Of a stretch of 64,000 nucleotides of DNA, positions 1 through 9,234 are shown piece by piece; position 1 is the first letter of the stretch; each line of letters opens with the position of its first letter. The position numbers and the translations under genes are program-made. The notes under the pieces were generated by a model. The model was not told the origin of the DNA. It saw only the letters and a list, made by a program, of their open reading frames with translations, and made no database searches. The DNA is from an uncultured Alphaproteobacteria bacterium (GTDB lineage: Bacteria; Pseudomonadota; Alphaproteobacteria; UBA3830; JAIRWN01), in contig CAYJEJ010000004.1 in assembly GCA_964369315.1 (NCBI GenBank), positions 4,286 through 68,285 on the forward strand, read 5' to 3'.

Positions 1-484
1 TACCAAAAATAAATGTCTCCATTGCCCTTAATAAGCCAAAAGGGTTGGTCTCGATAAGAGATTGCTCGTTTTTTTTCAGTTCAGGTGTTGTGTTTGACCT
101 CAGAAAGCTTTTAGAGTTAGGCAGTGAATTAATAAATAACCCATCATCCTTTACAGCTTTATCTATGAGAAAATTATTCCAGTCTGCTGAGGCGATTTCT
201 ATACCGTCAGCTGTCTCTTTCAAATTTATGTTTTTTAGGTCTATTTTTTTTATATCATTAATAAGGGATTTATAATCTATCGTGGTGCTATTCTCAGTGG
301 ATGGAACTTTTGTCGGTGATTTACTAATTTCAGAGTTGACATTATCGTCTATGGTTTGTTGAGTAGCTAATATAGGATTAACGTGTTTGGATAACGAGGG
401 TGGTATCGGGAATCTTGATTTAACCATTCCATGAGACTGTGTAGCTAATATTAATAAAAAACTTATAGCAAGTGCTTTTTTCAT
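1..484 (-). CDS. hypothetical secreted protein, C-terminus cut by window edge (absent from supplied ORF track)
   Basis: Hand translation of the minus strand from the ATG at 484..482 gives MKKALAISFLLILATQSHGMVKSRF..., a signal-peptide-like N-terminus. I checked every in-phase + strand triplet from 2 to 484 and found no TTA/CTA/TCA, so the frame is open to the edge. The listed + ORF 45..275 is antisense to it. Confidence 0.5.
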   Translation of the reverse strand, partial: MKKALAISFLLILATQSHGMVKSRFPIPPSLSKHVNPILATQQTIDDNVNSEISKSPTKVPSTENSTTIDYKSLINDIKKIDLKNINLKETADGIEIASADWNNFLIDKAVKDDGLFINSLPNSKSFLRSNTTPELKKNEQSLIETNPFGLLRAMETFIFG

Positions 485-628
485 GATACTTTCCTATTGT
501 AAACAACAATTCAAAAACATTATATTTTGGTAAAAAACAAACCTAAAATCTCGACTTTTAATATTATATATGGTTTTATTACTAAATATTAAATTTTTAC
601 AGAATTTTTAATATAAAAATTATAAAAT

Positions 629-1669
629 TTAATGTGTCTTCAGCCAGCCCCGAATTTCTTTTAGGGTATTTTTAATTAAATCTTCATAGTAAGAGCCGTA
701 TGAAAGGAAACCGTGCATCTCTCCATCAAGGATTTTATGCATAACGGGAACATTTGATTTTCTGAGTTTTTCAGCCATTTCCAAGTGCCCATCTAGTAAT
801 GCGTCTATACCAGCAGAGATGATAACAGTTTTCGGGAATTTTTTAAAATCATATGCTAAGTGATTGATAAATTTATTATCTTTAGCCGTTTCATAATCAA
901 ACCCTTGCCCCAAGTATTGGTATAGGAAAAATTGAATGTTAGTTTCGGTTAATCCAGAGGAGTTTTTGAATAACTCAAAGGACTTTGAAGATGAATTGCC
1001 TATTAACCCAGGGTAGAATAATATATTTGCATCGGGGGTTTTCAACCCTTCATCTTTTGATTTCATCGTCACTGCGATGCAAAGACTAGCACCAGCACTG
1101 TCCCCAGAGAGGATAATTTTTTTACATTTTCCAATATTGTGAGCTGATTTATCCGAGAGGCACCAAGAATAAACGCTATACAGGTCATTAATCTGAGTCG
1201 GAAACTTATATTCAGGAACCAATCTATAATCCACCGCCAGTACAGAAGCGTCAAATGAGTTTGCAATCTTACGACAAATGGCGTCGTGAGTGTCAAGGTT
1301 GCCGTGCATAAAGCCGCCGCCATGTGCAAATATGATAAGTGTATTGGTTCTTTTTGTTGGGAAATATAATCGGACAGGGATTTGGTAATCGTCAAAAATG
1401 TTTGATATATGAAAATTTTGAACAGACGCAACGCTTTCAATTGTGCCGGCGTTTTCTATGCAAAATTTATTTGACTCTGCCCTACTTAGCGTTGGGCTGA
1501 TAACCCCACCATTTTTAAATGACTCCAATGTTAATTTTTTCTGAAAAATTTTAAAAATTTTTTCTAATTTTTTTGAAGTCTCACTTAACTCTGTTTTATA
1601 TTCATAACATAGCCCAAGTTGACTGGTGTAACAGACAAGAGCAAGTGTCAATATTATCGCATAACGCAT
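629..1669 (-). CDS. secreted alpha/beta-hydrolase fold-3 esterase/lipase (hormone-sensitive-lipase family IV)
   Basis: Oxyanion HGGG motif (FAHGGGFMHG). Nucleophile elbow GDSAG (SGDSAGASL). C-terminal DALLD and HGF catalytic Asp/His blocks. Hydrophobic N-terminal signal sequence MRYAIILTLALVCYTSQ. Confidence 0.8.
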   Translation of the reverse strand: MRYAIILTLALVCYTSQLGLCYEYKTELSETSKKLEKIFKIFQKKLTLESFKNGGVISPTLSRAESNKFCIENAGTIESVASVQNFHISNIFDDYQIPVRLYFPTKRTNTLIIFAHGGGFMHGNLDTHDAICRKIANSFDASVLAVDYRLVPEYKFPTQINDLYSVYSWCLSDKSAHNIGKCKKIILSGDSAGASLCIAVTMKSKDEGLKTPDANILFYPGLIGNSSSKSFELFKNSSGLTETNIQFFLYQYLGQGFDYETAKDNKFINHLAYDFKKFPKTVIISAGIDALLDGHLEMAEKLRKSNVPVMHKILDGEMHGFLSYGSYYEDLIKNTLKEIRGWLKTH

Positions 1670-1710
1670 TGAAAAACCCTGTTTTATTATAATGTTTATG
1701 ACTAATCATA

Positions 1711-3444
1711 TCAAATGACATTAAAATAAGGGTTAATTTCACGTATGAGCCATTCTTTTGTTTTTTCGTCTAAGCGATTTGATAGTGTATCCAGAACCCA
1801 AGAGTGATATTTTTTCAACCAAATCTTTTCAGATTCTGTTAAGAGTGCGGGTATTAGCATTTTAAAATCCATCGGCACCAAGGTCAAGCTCGCAAATGTT
1901 AGGAACTTTGGTTCATCGTCGGTTAATGCTATAATTTGGTTCACATTTTCTATACGTATTCCAAAATTATTTTTTAAATAATACCCTGGTTCAATTGTGA
2001 CTAGAGAATTTTCAATCAGTGGGGTGTCATTTTGCAGTTTTTTGCTAAAACCAGTTGGTCCTTCATGAACATTGAGATAACTCCCAATTCCGTGACCGGT
2101 GCCGTGGTCATAGTCAAGTCCAACTTGCCACAGGTATTGACGGGCAAAGGCGTCTATTTGCCGACCTGTTGTGCCAGCTGGAAATACTGTGCTACTGAGG
2201 TGAATATGCCCCTTGAGAACACGCGTATAGGCATCTTGCTGTTGTTGGGTGGGCCAGCCAAAACACATTGTGCGAGATACATCTGTTGTTCCGTTTTTAT
2301 ACTGCCCACCCGTATCGAGTAGCAACAAACCATCTTGAGAAATTGGACTTCCCCTGTCGATAACGTCGTAGTGAACATTGGCTGAGTTTTGACCAAACGC
2401 GACAATAGACTTAAAGCTGTCGCTGACATAGAGGTCACATCTGCGACGAAATTGTTGAATTTTTTCTGATATATCACGTTCAAAAATCTGGGTTCCTGCT
2501 TTAATTTCTTGGTTGAGCCACGCTAACATCGACACTATCGCAACACCATCTTCAACATGTGCGTTTCGTGCACCTGTAAGCTCAATTTGATTTTTTTTGC
2601 TTTTAATTTTTGCCACAATGTTTTCTGAGGGGATTAATTCAGACTGTTTGTTCATGCTCAGTTTCAGGCTGAAAACAGTATTGGCAGGGTCTATGATTAA
2701 TTTTAATGCTAAGTCTGATAGGTGTTTCTCTAAATCTTCGGCTGGGAAGACTTGCTCTATATCTTTTGACTTGGCGTCGGTGTAAACTCGGTAAGTTCCA
2801 TCAGCGAATAGGAGCATTTGTGCAAGGACTATCGGGGTATGTTTTAAGTCCTGCCCCCGAATATTGAGAAGCCAAGCAACGTCACATGGGTCGCACACCA
2901 ACAGACCGTCAGCATTGAAGGATTGAATAATTTTTGTGACAGAACTTATCTTAGAGCGGGCATCCTCTCCAGAGTATTCGATTGGATGAGGGGTGATGTC
3001 TTGAGGGGTAAATGATGGTCTGTCCTTCCAGAAATTGCTGAATAAATCTTTGCAAAACTTCAGGGTTGAAGACGGCTTTATTAAGCGGTTTAATGCCTCG
3101 ATTTCATTTATTGAAAAAAAATCTGGGTCGATGCCAATATTCCCAGCAATATTTTCTGCAACCCAATTAAAAGGATGGGTTTGCTTTATGTTGTGGACAC
3201 TTGCGTTGGTATTAGCAAGGGTTGTTTCCGTAACGAGGATATACCTTCCATCAACAAATAACGCACAATCTGTCTGCGAAATGATAATATACCCATAAGA
3301 CACTGATATCCCTGTCAGCCATTTGAATATTTGCTCACACTCGAGCACTTCTTCGCAAAAATATTTGTTCCCATGTTTTAATATTATACAGTCGAGAGAG
3401 TTTTCTTTGAGGAAGGTTTGTATGAAATTAATTTTATTTTGCAT
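1711..3444 (-). CDS. aminopeptidase P family protein (M24B Xaa-Pro aminopeptidase, long form)
   Basis: 577 aa. M24 metal-ligand blocks DTGGQY, HGTGHGIGSYLNVHEGP and TIEPGYY. The N-terminal creatinase-like region is typical of the ~600-aa form. Confidence 0.85.
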   Translation of the reverse strand: MQNKINFIQTFLKENSLDCIILKHGNKYFCEEVLECEQIFKWLTGISVSYGYIIISQTDCALFVDGRYILVTETTLANTNASVHNIKQTHPFNWVAENIAGNIGIDPDFFSINEIEALNRLIKPSSTLKFCKDLFSNFWKDRPSFTPQDITPHPIEYSGEDARSKISSVTKIIQSFNADGLLVCDPCDVAWLLNIRGQDLKHTPIVLAQMLLFADGTYRVYTDAKSKDIEQVFPAEDLEKHLSDLALKLIIDPANTVFSLKLSMNKQSELIPSENIVAKIKSKKNQIELTGARNAHVEDGVAIVSMLAWLNQEIKAGTQIFERDISEKIQQFRRRCDLYVSDSFKSIVAFGQNSANVHYDVIDRGSPISQDGLLLLDTGGQYKNGTTDVSRTMCFGWPTQQQQDAYTRVLKGHIHLSSTVFPAGTTGRQIDAFARQYLWQVGLDYDHGTGHGIGSYLNVHEGPTGFSKKLQNDTPLIENSLVTIEPGYYLKNNFGIRIENVNQIIALTDDEPKFLTFASLTLVPMDFKMLIPALLTESEKIWLKKYHSWVLDTLSNRLDEKTKEWLIREINPYFNVI

Positions 3445-4306
3445 TACTAAACACCAATGTTACCCAATCTTCTTTTTGTAAACAATCTATCAGCGAAAAG
3501 CCCTGCTCTTCATATGCATTCTGCACTGATGCTGATTGCTCAGTTGTAATGCCTGACAATATAACCTTTGCACTTGTTGAAACCGAAACGCTCATATCAT
3601 AAGCCATCTGGATTAATGGATTGGCTAATATATTCGCTATGATTATATCATAGGGTTTGTTTTCCAGAACTTCTTTTGTATTAAACCCATCACCACAAAA
3701 AACTTTGACCATGTCGGCGACATCGTTAATTTTTGTGTTTTCAACTGAAACCCGAACAGCCTCAGGGTCATTATCGCAAGCAAAAACATCTAATCCCATT
3801 TTGGCAGCTGCTAATGATAAAATCGCTGAACCGCACCCCATATCCAAAACCTTTTGATGGGGTTTTGCGTGTTTCTTCAGCATCATTAGGCAGCCGGCAG
3901 TTGTTCCATGTGAGCCAGAGCCAAAAGCGGTTGCCGCGTCAATTAACAGGCAAATTTTATCTTTCGGCAGCTCAATTTTGTTTGCGTTGTGTGAGCCGTA
4001 TATAAAAAATGAGCCAATATCTATTGGGGTAAAAGATTTATAATTTTCTTCGAGCCAGTCGGTTTCTCTTAGCTCTGAGGTGTGAACGATGAGGCTTTGG
4101 ATTAGTTCGCTTTTTAATAAAATCTCGTGTGCTTGATTGAGCTGTTGCTGAGTTTCAAAAATCCATTCTCCATACCAAAGGCGTCCTTGTCCTTCAAAGG
4201 CAGAGCTACTTAGGGAATATTGTTCGATTAGGTCTTCGACAACCTCAAAATCAGACAGGTTTTCCCAGCTTTCTAATCGCAATAAAAACAACGGCAACAC
4301 CAACAA
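3434..4306 (-). CDS. prmA: ribosomal protein L11 methyltransferase
   Basis: FGSGSHGTTAGCL block followed by SAM-binding VLDMGCGSAILSLAAAKMG and DNDPEAV. Length 290 aa. 11-nt overlap with the downstream peptidase gene. Confidence 0.8.
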   Translation of the reverse strand: MLVLPLFLLRLESWENLSDFEVVEDLIEQYSLSSSAFEGQGRLWYGEWIFETQQQLNQAHEILLKSELIQSLIVHTSELRETDWLEENYKSFTPIDIGSFFIYGSHNANKIELPKDKICLLIDAATAFGSGSHGTTAGCLMMLKKHAKPHQKVLDMGCGSAILSLAAAKMGLDVFACDNDPEAVRVSVENTKINDVADMVKVFCGDGFNTKEVLENKPYDIIIANILANPLIQMAYDMSVSVSTSAKVILSGITTEQSASVQNAYEEQGFSLIDCLQKEDWVTLVFSNAK

Positions 4307-4471
4307 AATTTCAATGATAAAACTCTAACACAGAACATATGGGGACGTCATTAATCAAATGAGAGACAATTTTTTGGTGCATTTTAATTAAATAATCAAC
4401 TTTTTGTTTAATTGTGTATCCAATTGTATTATATTTCTCTCAAATTAGTATTTATTGAAGGGTTTGAGCCT

Positions 4472-4969
4472 ATGAATATCGTTAATAAATTTTTTTATAA
4501 TGAGCCGATTTGTCATATAACGAATGATTATGTGCCATCAGAAAATGAAGAATTTATGAGCAAAACGCAATTAGAATACTTCCGGCGAATGCTCCTAGGG
4601 TGGCGTGCTAGCATAATAGAAGAGTCTTATAAAACCATAGATGATTTAAAAAATGTTAATTTGTTGCAAAGTGAGGACATTGACCGTGGTTGTGAGGAAA
4701 ACAAGCTGTCTTTTGAACTCAAAACAAGAGACCGTGCGAGGAAGTTAATCTTTAAAATAGACGCCGCACTAAAAAGGATTCAGGATGGAACATATGGATA
4801 TTGCGAGATTACAGGTGAGCCAATTTCTTTAAAAAGGTTGAAAGCAAGACCAATTGCGACCTTAAGTATCGAAGCACAAGAAATGCACGAAAAACAAGAA
4901 CGCACACAACGGGAGCAAAATGTCATCAAGCACCTGTTAGAAGAGAGTAGCCAACCCGAGCGGGTTTGA
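4472..4969 (+). CDS. dksA: RNA polymerase-binding transcription factor DksA (zinc-finger cysteines mostly lost)
   Basis: Aligns block for block with E. coli DksA (QLEYFRRMLLGWR; DIDRGCEENKLSFELKTRDRARKLI; YGYCEITGEPISLKRLKARPIATLSIEAQ). I chose the internal ATG at 4472 rather than the track start at 4412. Confidence 0.85.
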   Translation: MNIVNKFFYNEPICHITNDYVPSENEEFMSKTQLEYFRRMLLGWRASIIEESYKTIDDLKNVNLLQSEDIDRGCEENKLSFELKTRDRARKLIFKIDAALKRIQDGTYGYCEITGEPISLKRLKARPIATLSIEAQEMHEKQERTQREQNVIKHLLEESSQPERV

Positions 4970-5026
4970 TGATTTTTGGTTTATGGTGTATAGTGCAGAC
5001 ATCATTTTTAGGAAAGGTAAGCTCCT

Positions 5027-5821
5027 ATGAAACCAAATTCACCCGAACCAAAAAAGCCCAAAAAAAAGAATAGACGCGGCTTTTTAATATTTTCTTTATT
5101 CCTAGGCGTTGCTGTTTATTTCACAGTTCATCTAAACCTGTGGAATTTGAGGGGGGTGTTTAATGAGGCTGGAGGTAGAAAAACAATAACGGATAGCCCA
5201 AAAACCGTCATGACAAATGTCCAAACCCCTGAATTGCAACCGATAAAGGCAAATCTCGATATCCCTCGTCTTGATGAGATTTGTGATGTGAAAAATATAG
5301 AATTAATAAAGTCTTTTTGTGCTTTAAAGTTTGCGGTTTTGAGTGGGGGGAATTTTGAAAAAGAGCTGGAGGAATTTTTAGCGATATTCCCCGATAAAAA
5401 GAAAGAGGCTTATATCGAGTGCATCGATTCCTTAAAGACAGAGAGCGGTCATGGTATGAGCCTATTAAGCACACTTATTAAAGATGCGAATGAGATTTTT
5501 TTAAATAATAAGAAAAGCTGGGTGTCTCGGGTCTCTGAGGCAACAGGAAACTTGTTTTATGGTCTGGTCAGGGTAGTCAAGTTGGACAAAAAGCCAAAGG
5601 ATGAGGGGGCTGAGCAGATAGAATTAAACACATATAACCCTGAGATAAAAAAAATCATCCATAACCTTAAACATCAAGAGATGGAGGCTGCGGTCTGCCT
5701 AGTGAAAAAAATATTAGATGAAGACAAAAACTTGGATGACAGACAAATCAATTGGCTCAAATCTGTTATTATTCGTCATCTTGTGTTATATAACCTTAAT
5801 AAATTAGAGTTACTTTTATAA
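5027..5821 (+). CDS. membrane-anchored hypothetical protein; candidate mitofilin/Mic60-like (COG4223-type) protein
   Basis: Basic N-terminus (KKPKKKNRRG) followed by one TM helix (FLIFSLFLGVAVYFTVHL). Charged, probably helical body. C-terminal W-containing amphipathic block (QINWLKSVIIRHLVLYNLNKLELLL). Its stop overlaps the start of the HemY-like gene (ATAATG at 5819..5823). Confidence 0.45.
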   Translation: MKPNSPEPKKPKKKNRRGFLIFSLFLGVAVYFTVHLNLWNLRGVFNEAGGRKTITDSPKTVMTNVQTPELQPIKANLDIPRLDEICDVKNIELIKSFCALKFAVLSGGNFEKELEEFLAIFPDKKKEAYIECIDSLKTESGHGMSLLSTLIKDANEIFLNNKKSWVSRVSEATGNLFYGLVRVVKLDKKPKDEGAEQIELNTYNPEIKKIIHNLKHQEMEAAVCLVKKILDEDKNLDDRQINWLKSVIIRHLVLYNLNKLELLL

Positions 5822-7026
5822 TGGCGTTAATTAAATACTTTATCCTGATTGCCTTGGTATCCTATGCTTTTATTATGCCTGGAAAGGTGAATATCGAGTG
5901 GCTAGGGTGCGGTGTTGAGTTTTCTATCGGGGTGTTTTTTGCTGGCTTGTCGGTATTATTAAGTATTTATTGGGTTATAAAAGCCATATTCTCGAAAATA
6001 TGTGGTTTTGTGCGTGATGGTTATCTATCTAATAAAATTATCAAAACCTTCGACGCTGTAACATATGTGGTCATCGCTTTGCTCAGGAGTGATTATAAAG
6101 AAAGTGCGAAACAAACCGCTCGTTTTGAAAAACTATTGAAAGATGGGCACCCGTTGTTGACTTGGATTACAGGTTGCCATCTGGCTCTTAAGGGGGACAG
6201 CGAGAACGCGAATTTGTTGTTTTATGGTTTGAGCGGACACAATAAATTTGGGTTTTTGGGGGCATATTCGATGTATAAGCTTCGTTTGAGAAGCGGTCAA
6301 AGTGCGGCTGCTTTGAAGGTGATTGAGTCTTATATGCATAAAAATTCAAGAGACAATTTTTTTGTAATAGATGCTATCAAGTTGGCGATAAAGGACAAAA
6401 ATCTTGAACTGGCGAAAAAATATCAAAGCAAATTAACCAAGGTTCGAGAGGCAGAAAAAATAGAAGCTGTCCTCTGCTTGCTATCTGCAAAACAGAATGG
6501 AAACACCATTGAGGCGACTGATTTATTGGAACGAGCTTGTAAATTGGATGAAAAGTTTGTGCCCGCAGCACTTGATTTGGCTAAAATATTTAGCGACTCG
6601 GGTCAAGATAAAAAAGCTAAAAAGGTTTTGATGAAATGTTGGTCGCATACAGGAAACTTTCGGTGTCTTGAAGAGGTCTATAACCTAGCCAGTGTAGAGG
6701 ATGATGAAAGGCTAAAAATAGGCAAAGATGCTTTGAAAATGTTCCCAGAACGTTGGGATAGTTTCTATATTTTTGCACTTGCGTGTGTGCGGGCAGGTGT
6801 TTGGGTGAATGCGGAGCAATATATTATAAAAGCGTGGGGGTTGATGCCAACACAAAGCCTTTTAACAATGGCAGAGCAGTGCGAAAAAAATAGTGACGCG
6901 ATTGTCGAGATAGACAAAACGCAGGTGTTAAAAAATCCATTTTGGCTTTGCGGTCATTGTGGTCACAAAACCGACGATTGGCATGCGTTGTGTCCATTGT
7001 GTGAGGGGATTAATACACTGAAGTAA
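5821..7026 (+). CDS. HemY_N-domain TPR protein with C-terminal Cys4 zinc ribbon (HemY-like / LapB-like)
   Basis: Two N-terminal TM helices flank the HemY_N-type VNIEWLGCGVEFS motif. TPR-like helical repeats follow. The C-terminus is FWLCGHCGHKTDDWHALCPLCEG (CxxC-N10-CxxC). Confidence 0.7.
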   Translation: MALIKYFILIALVSYAFIMPGKVNIEWLGCGVEFSIGVFFAGLSVLLSIYWVIKAIFSKICGFVRDGYLSNKIIKTFDAVTYVVIALLRSDYKESAKQTARFEKLLKDGHPLLTWITGCHLALKGDSENANLLFYGLSGHNKFGFLGAYSMYKLRLRSGQSAAALKVIESYMHKNSRDNFFVIDAIKLAIKDKNLELAKKYQSKLTKVREAEKIEAVLCLLSAKQNGNTIEATDLLERACKLDEKFVPAALDLAKIFSDSGQDKKAKKVLMKCWSHTGNFRCLEEVYNLASVEDDERLKIGKDALKMFPERWDSFYIFALACVRAGVWVNAEQYIIKAWGLMPTQSLLTMAEQCEKNSDAIVEIDKTQVLKNPFWLCGHCGHKTDDWHALCPLCEGINTLK

Positions 7027-7227
7027 TTTTCTTGCTTGATGGAGTTGTTGTTTTGGTGCGTTCCGCAGGGCATCATCTTAATAAAGGTTCTTAAAACACT
7101 AAGTCAAAATCGGCGAGGTTATAAAAGCAAGCGAGATGTTTTTGGGGAAAGTGCTTAAAAAAAACTACTTCCATAAACCTTGATAAAATGCGACAAATAT
7201 GGCAGTGATTGTTCGAAGGGCTTTGAT

Positions 7228-7303
7228 GCCGAAGTAGCTCAGTTGGTAGAGCGCCTGATTCGTAATCAGTAGGTCGGAGGTTCGATTCCTCTCTTCGGCA
7301 CCA
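7228..7303 (+). tRNA. tRNA-Thr (anticodon CGT)
   Basis: Hand-folded cloverleaf: GCCGAAG/CTTCGGC acceptor stem, GCTC..GAGC D arm, CCTGA-TTCGTAA-TCAGT anticodon arm, GGAGG-TTCGATT-CCTCT T arm, encoded CCA. Confidence 0.9.
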
Positions 7304-7324
7304 TTTGACTTCTATATTAACATG

Positions 7325-8077
7325 TTAACCGTTTTGTTCATAAAATCTTCGTGCCTGTTCCAAGTCTTTCTGAGTGTCGACCTCGATTGGTTGCATGTCA
7401 ACCACAGCTGCTTGGATGTGCATTCCGTTTTCTAAGGCACGGAGCTGTTCTAATCGCTCACGTTTTTCTAGCACTGTTTGTGGCAAGGAGACATATTTTT
7501 CCAAGGCATGCCTTCTGTAGGCATATATTCCAAGGTGTTGTAGCCTAATTCCATCTCCATACGGGATGGGGGCACGGCTGAAATAAAGTGCTCTGCCAGA
7601 TTTTTGACCAGCAGTGATGCTAGAGGCGATTTTGACAATATCGGTTGATAAGAAACGCTCTTCATCCCCTTCAGCCATGACAAGAGCTGGGGTTGAGATG
7701 TTGGCGTCCGTATTTTTTAATAGCTCTATCACAGACGATAATGTTTCTTTATCAACAGTGGGCAGGTCGCCTTGTAAATTGACGATGATGTCGTATCTGT
7801 CGCCATCACTTAATGAATTTACAGCCGCAAAAACGCGGTCGCTACCTGATGGTAGGTTAGGGTCTGTTAATACAGGTGTTCCATTATAAAATTTTACAAC
7901 ATCGGCAACCTCTTGCTCTGAACAGGCGACCACTACATCGGCAATATCGGCCTCTTGTGCCCTCATCAAAACACGTGCAACCATCGGCACGCCACAAATA
8001 TCGGCGAGCGGTTTACGGGCAAGTCTTGTCGATGCCATCCTAGATGGAATGACAATAATCGGCTTGTTTTTCATCAT
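7325..8077 (-). CDS. kdsB: 3-deoxy-manno-octulosonate cytidylyltransferase (CMP-Kdo synthetase)
   Basis: N-terminal IVIPSRMASTRLARKPLADICGVPMV matches the KdsB signature (IPARxxSTRLPGKPL). 250 aa. 4-nt overlap with asd. Confidence 0.9.
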   Translation of the reverse strand: MMKNKPIIVIPSRMASTRLARKPLADICGVPMVARVLMRAQEADIADVVVACSEQEVADVVKFYNGTPVLTDPNLPSGSDRVFAAVNSLSDGDRYDIIVNLQGDLPTVDKETLSSVIELLKNTDANISTPALVMAEGDEERFLSTDIVKIASSITAGQKSGRALYFSRAPIPYGDGIRLQHLGIYAYRRHALEKYVSLPQTVLEKRERLEQLRALENGMHIQAAVVDMQPIEVDTQKDLEQARRFYEQNG

Positions 8078-9120
8078 GCATATCCTTTTAATTGAAACTT
8101 TTTCAGTGATGGGTCAATATTAATCAAGTGTTCTGCGATTTGTACTCCGTTTAATGCCGCACCTTTTCTTAAGTTATCAGAAACGAGCCAAAAAGAACAT
8201 CCTTGACCAGCATTTCTTAGGCGAGATATCATCGCAGCATCAACCCCATCTGAATCCTTCGGCGTTGGAGGGCAATCACCCTCGCATAGACGCACACCAT
8301 TGAAATTGACCAGTGCATTGCGGACGTCTTCGAGCTTCGGGTTTTCATCAATCTCGAGGTATACAGACATTGCATGACCAACCAAGGTTGGCACCCTAAC
8401 GCAGGTTGCGGTGATGTCTAAGTCAGGTAGGGAGAGAATTTTTTTCACCTCTTCCATGACTTTAAGTTCCTCACCAGTATAGCCATTATCAAGCATAACA
8501 TCTATTTGAGGGACGACGTTAAACGCAATCGATTTTTTCAACATAGTGTCATCAGATTGATTATAATGATTTTGTATTTGATTATGAAGGGTTTTTACCG
8601 CTTCACGCCCAGCACCAGAAACAGATTGATAGGTTGACACGACAACCTTATTAATTTTAAAACCGCGATTATTGACAGCTTTCAACGCCATGCTCAAAGG
8701 CGTTGCGACACAATTTGGCGAGGATATTATCCCACTGTTTGACGCTATTTTTAATTGCTCAATGTTGGCTTCAGGCACTATTAACGGTATGTCATCTTTC
8801 ATACGAAAAAATGATGTTTTATCAATCACAACGCAACCTTGTTGTGCAACTTGATGTGCATATTGCTGAGAAACCGTTGACCCAGCACAAAAAAACGCTA
8901 TATCGACAGCAGAAAAATCCACCTCTGATATAGTTTGCGATTTTATCTTTAAGCCGTTTTGTAATTGTAACACGTTTCCAGCAGACCGTCCCGAGGTGAC
9001 AGCGAAAAGCTGGTTATATGGGAAGTCCCTTTCTATTAATATGTCCAGCACCTTAGAGCCCGTGTTCCCACTGGCACCAATAATGGCGAGGTTATAACGC
9101 TTCGGCGGAGATGCAACCAT
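8074..9120 (-). CDS. asd: aspartate-semialdehyde dehydrogenase
   Basis: NAD-binding GASGNTGSKVLDIL. Active-site SPNCVATPL. C-terminal DNLRKGAALNGVQIAEHL block typical of Asd. Confidence 0.9.
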   Translation of the reverse strand: MVASPPKRYNLAIIGASGNTGSKVLDILIERDFPYNQLFAVTSGRSAGNVLQLQNGLKIKSQTISEVDFSAVDIAFFCAGSTVSQQYAHQVAQQGCVVIDKTSFFRMKDDIPLIVPEANIEQLKIASNSGIISSPNCVATPLSMALKAVNNRGFKINKVVVSTYQSVSGAGREAVKTLHNQIQNHYNQSDDTMLKKSIAFNVVPQIDVMLDNGYTGEELKVMEEVKKILSLPDLDITATCVRVPTLVGHAMSVYLEIDENPKLEDVRNALVNFNGVRLCEGDCPPTPKDSDGVDAAMISRLRNAGQGCSFWLVSDNLRKGAALNGVQIAEHLINIDPSLKKFQLKGYA

Positions 9121-9234
9121 GCATTTAAAAAATCACAACAAATAATGGGTCATTATAAAACTAATTTATTATAAATCAAATGTTCTGAAGCCAGATTTGA
9201 GAACATTATCTATTAAGTATTGAATTGAAAGGTT

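Noticed and set aside
45-275. 76-aa + strand ORF from the supplied track at the left edge.
   Set aside because: It lies entirely antisense to a longer open frame (1..484, minus strand) that has an ATG, a signal peptide and no stops. It starts at TTG and has a low-complexity, Phe/Ser-rich composition typical of antisense frames.
7039-7158. 39-codon ORF (MELLFWCVPQG...) in the 200-bp gap before tRNA-Thr, and a 23-codon ORF on the minus strand near 41200..41270 downstream of trpS.
   Set aside because: Neither has a ribosome-binding site or a recognisable motif, and both are below any reliable length threshold. I also saw no SRP RNA, tmRNA, RNase P or 6S signature in these gaps.
9179-9207. Hairpin AATGTTCT-N13-AGAACATT downstream of rpoH, as a possible terminator.
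   Set aside because: The loop is large (13 nt), the stem is AT-rich, and there is no clean U-tract on the minus-strand transcript. It could equally be part of the asd promoter region. Too weak to call.
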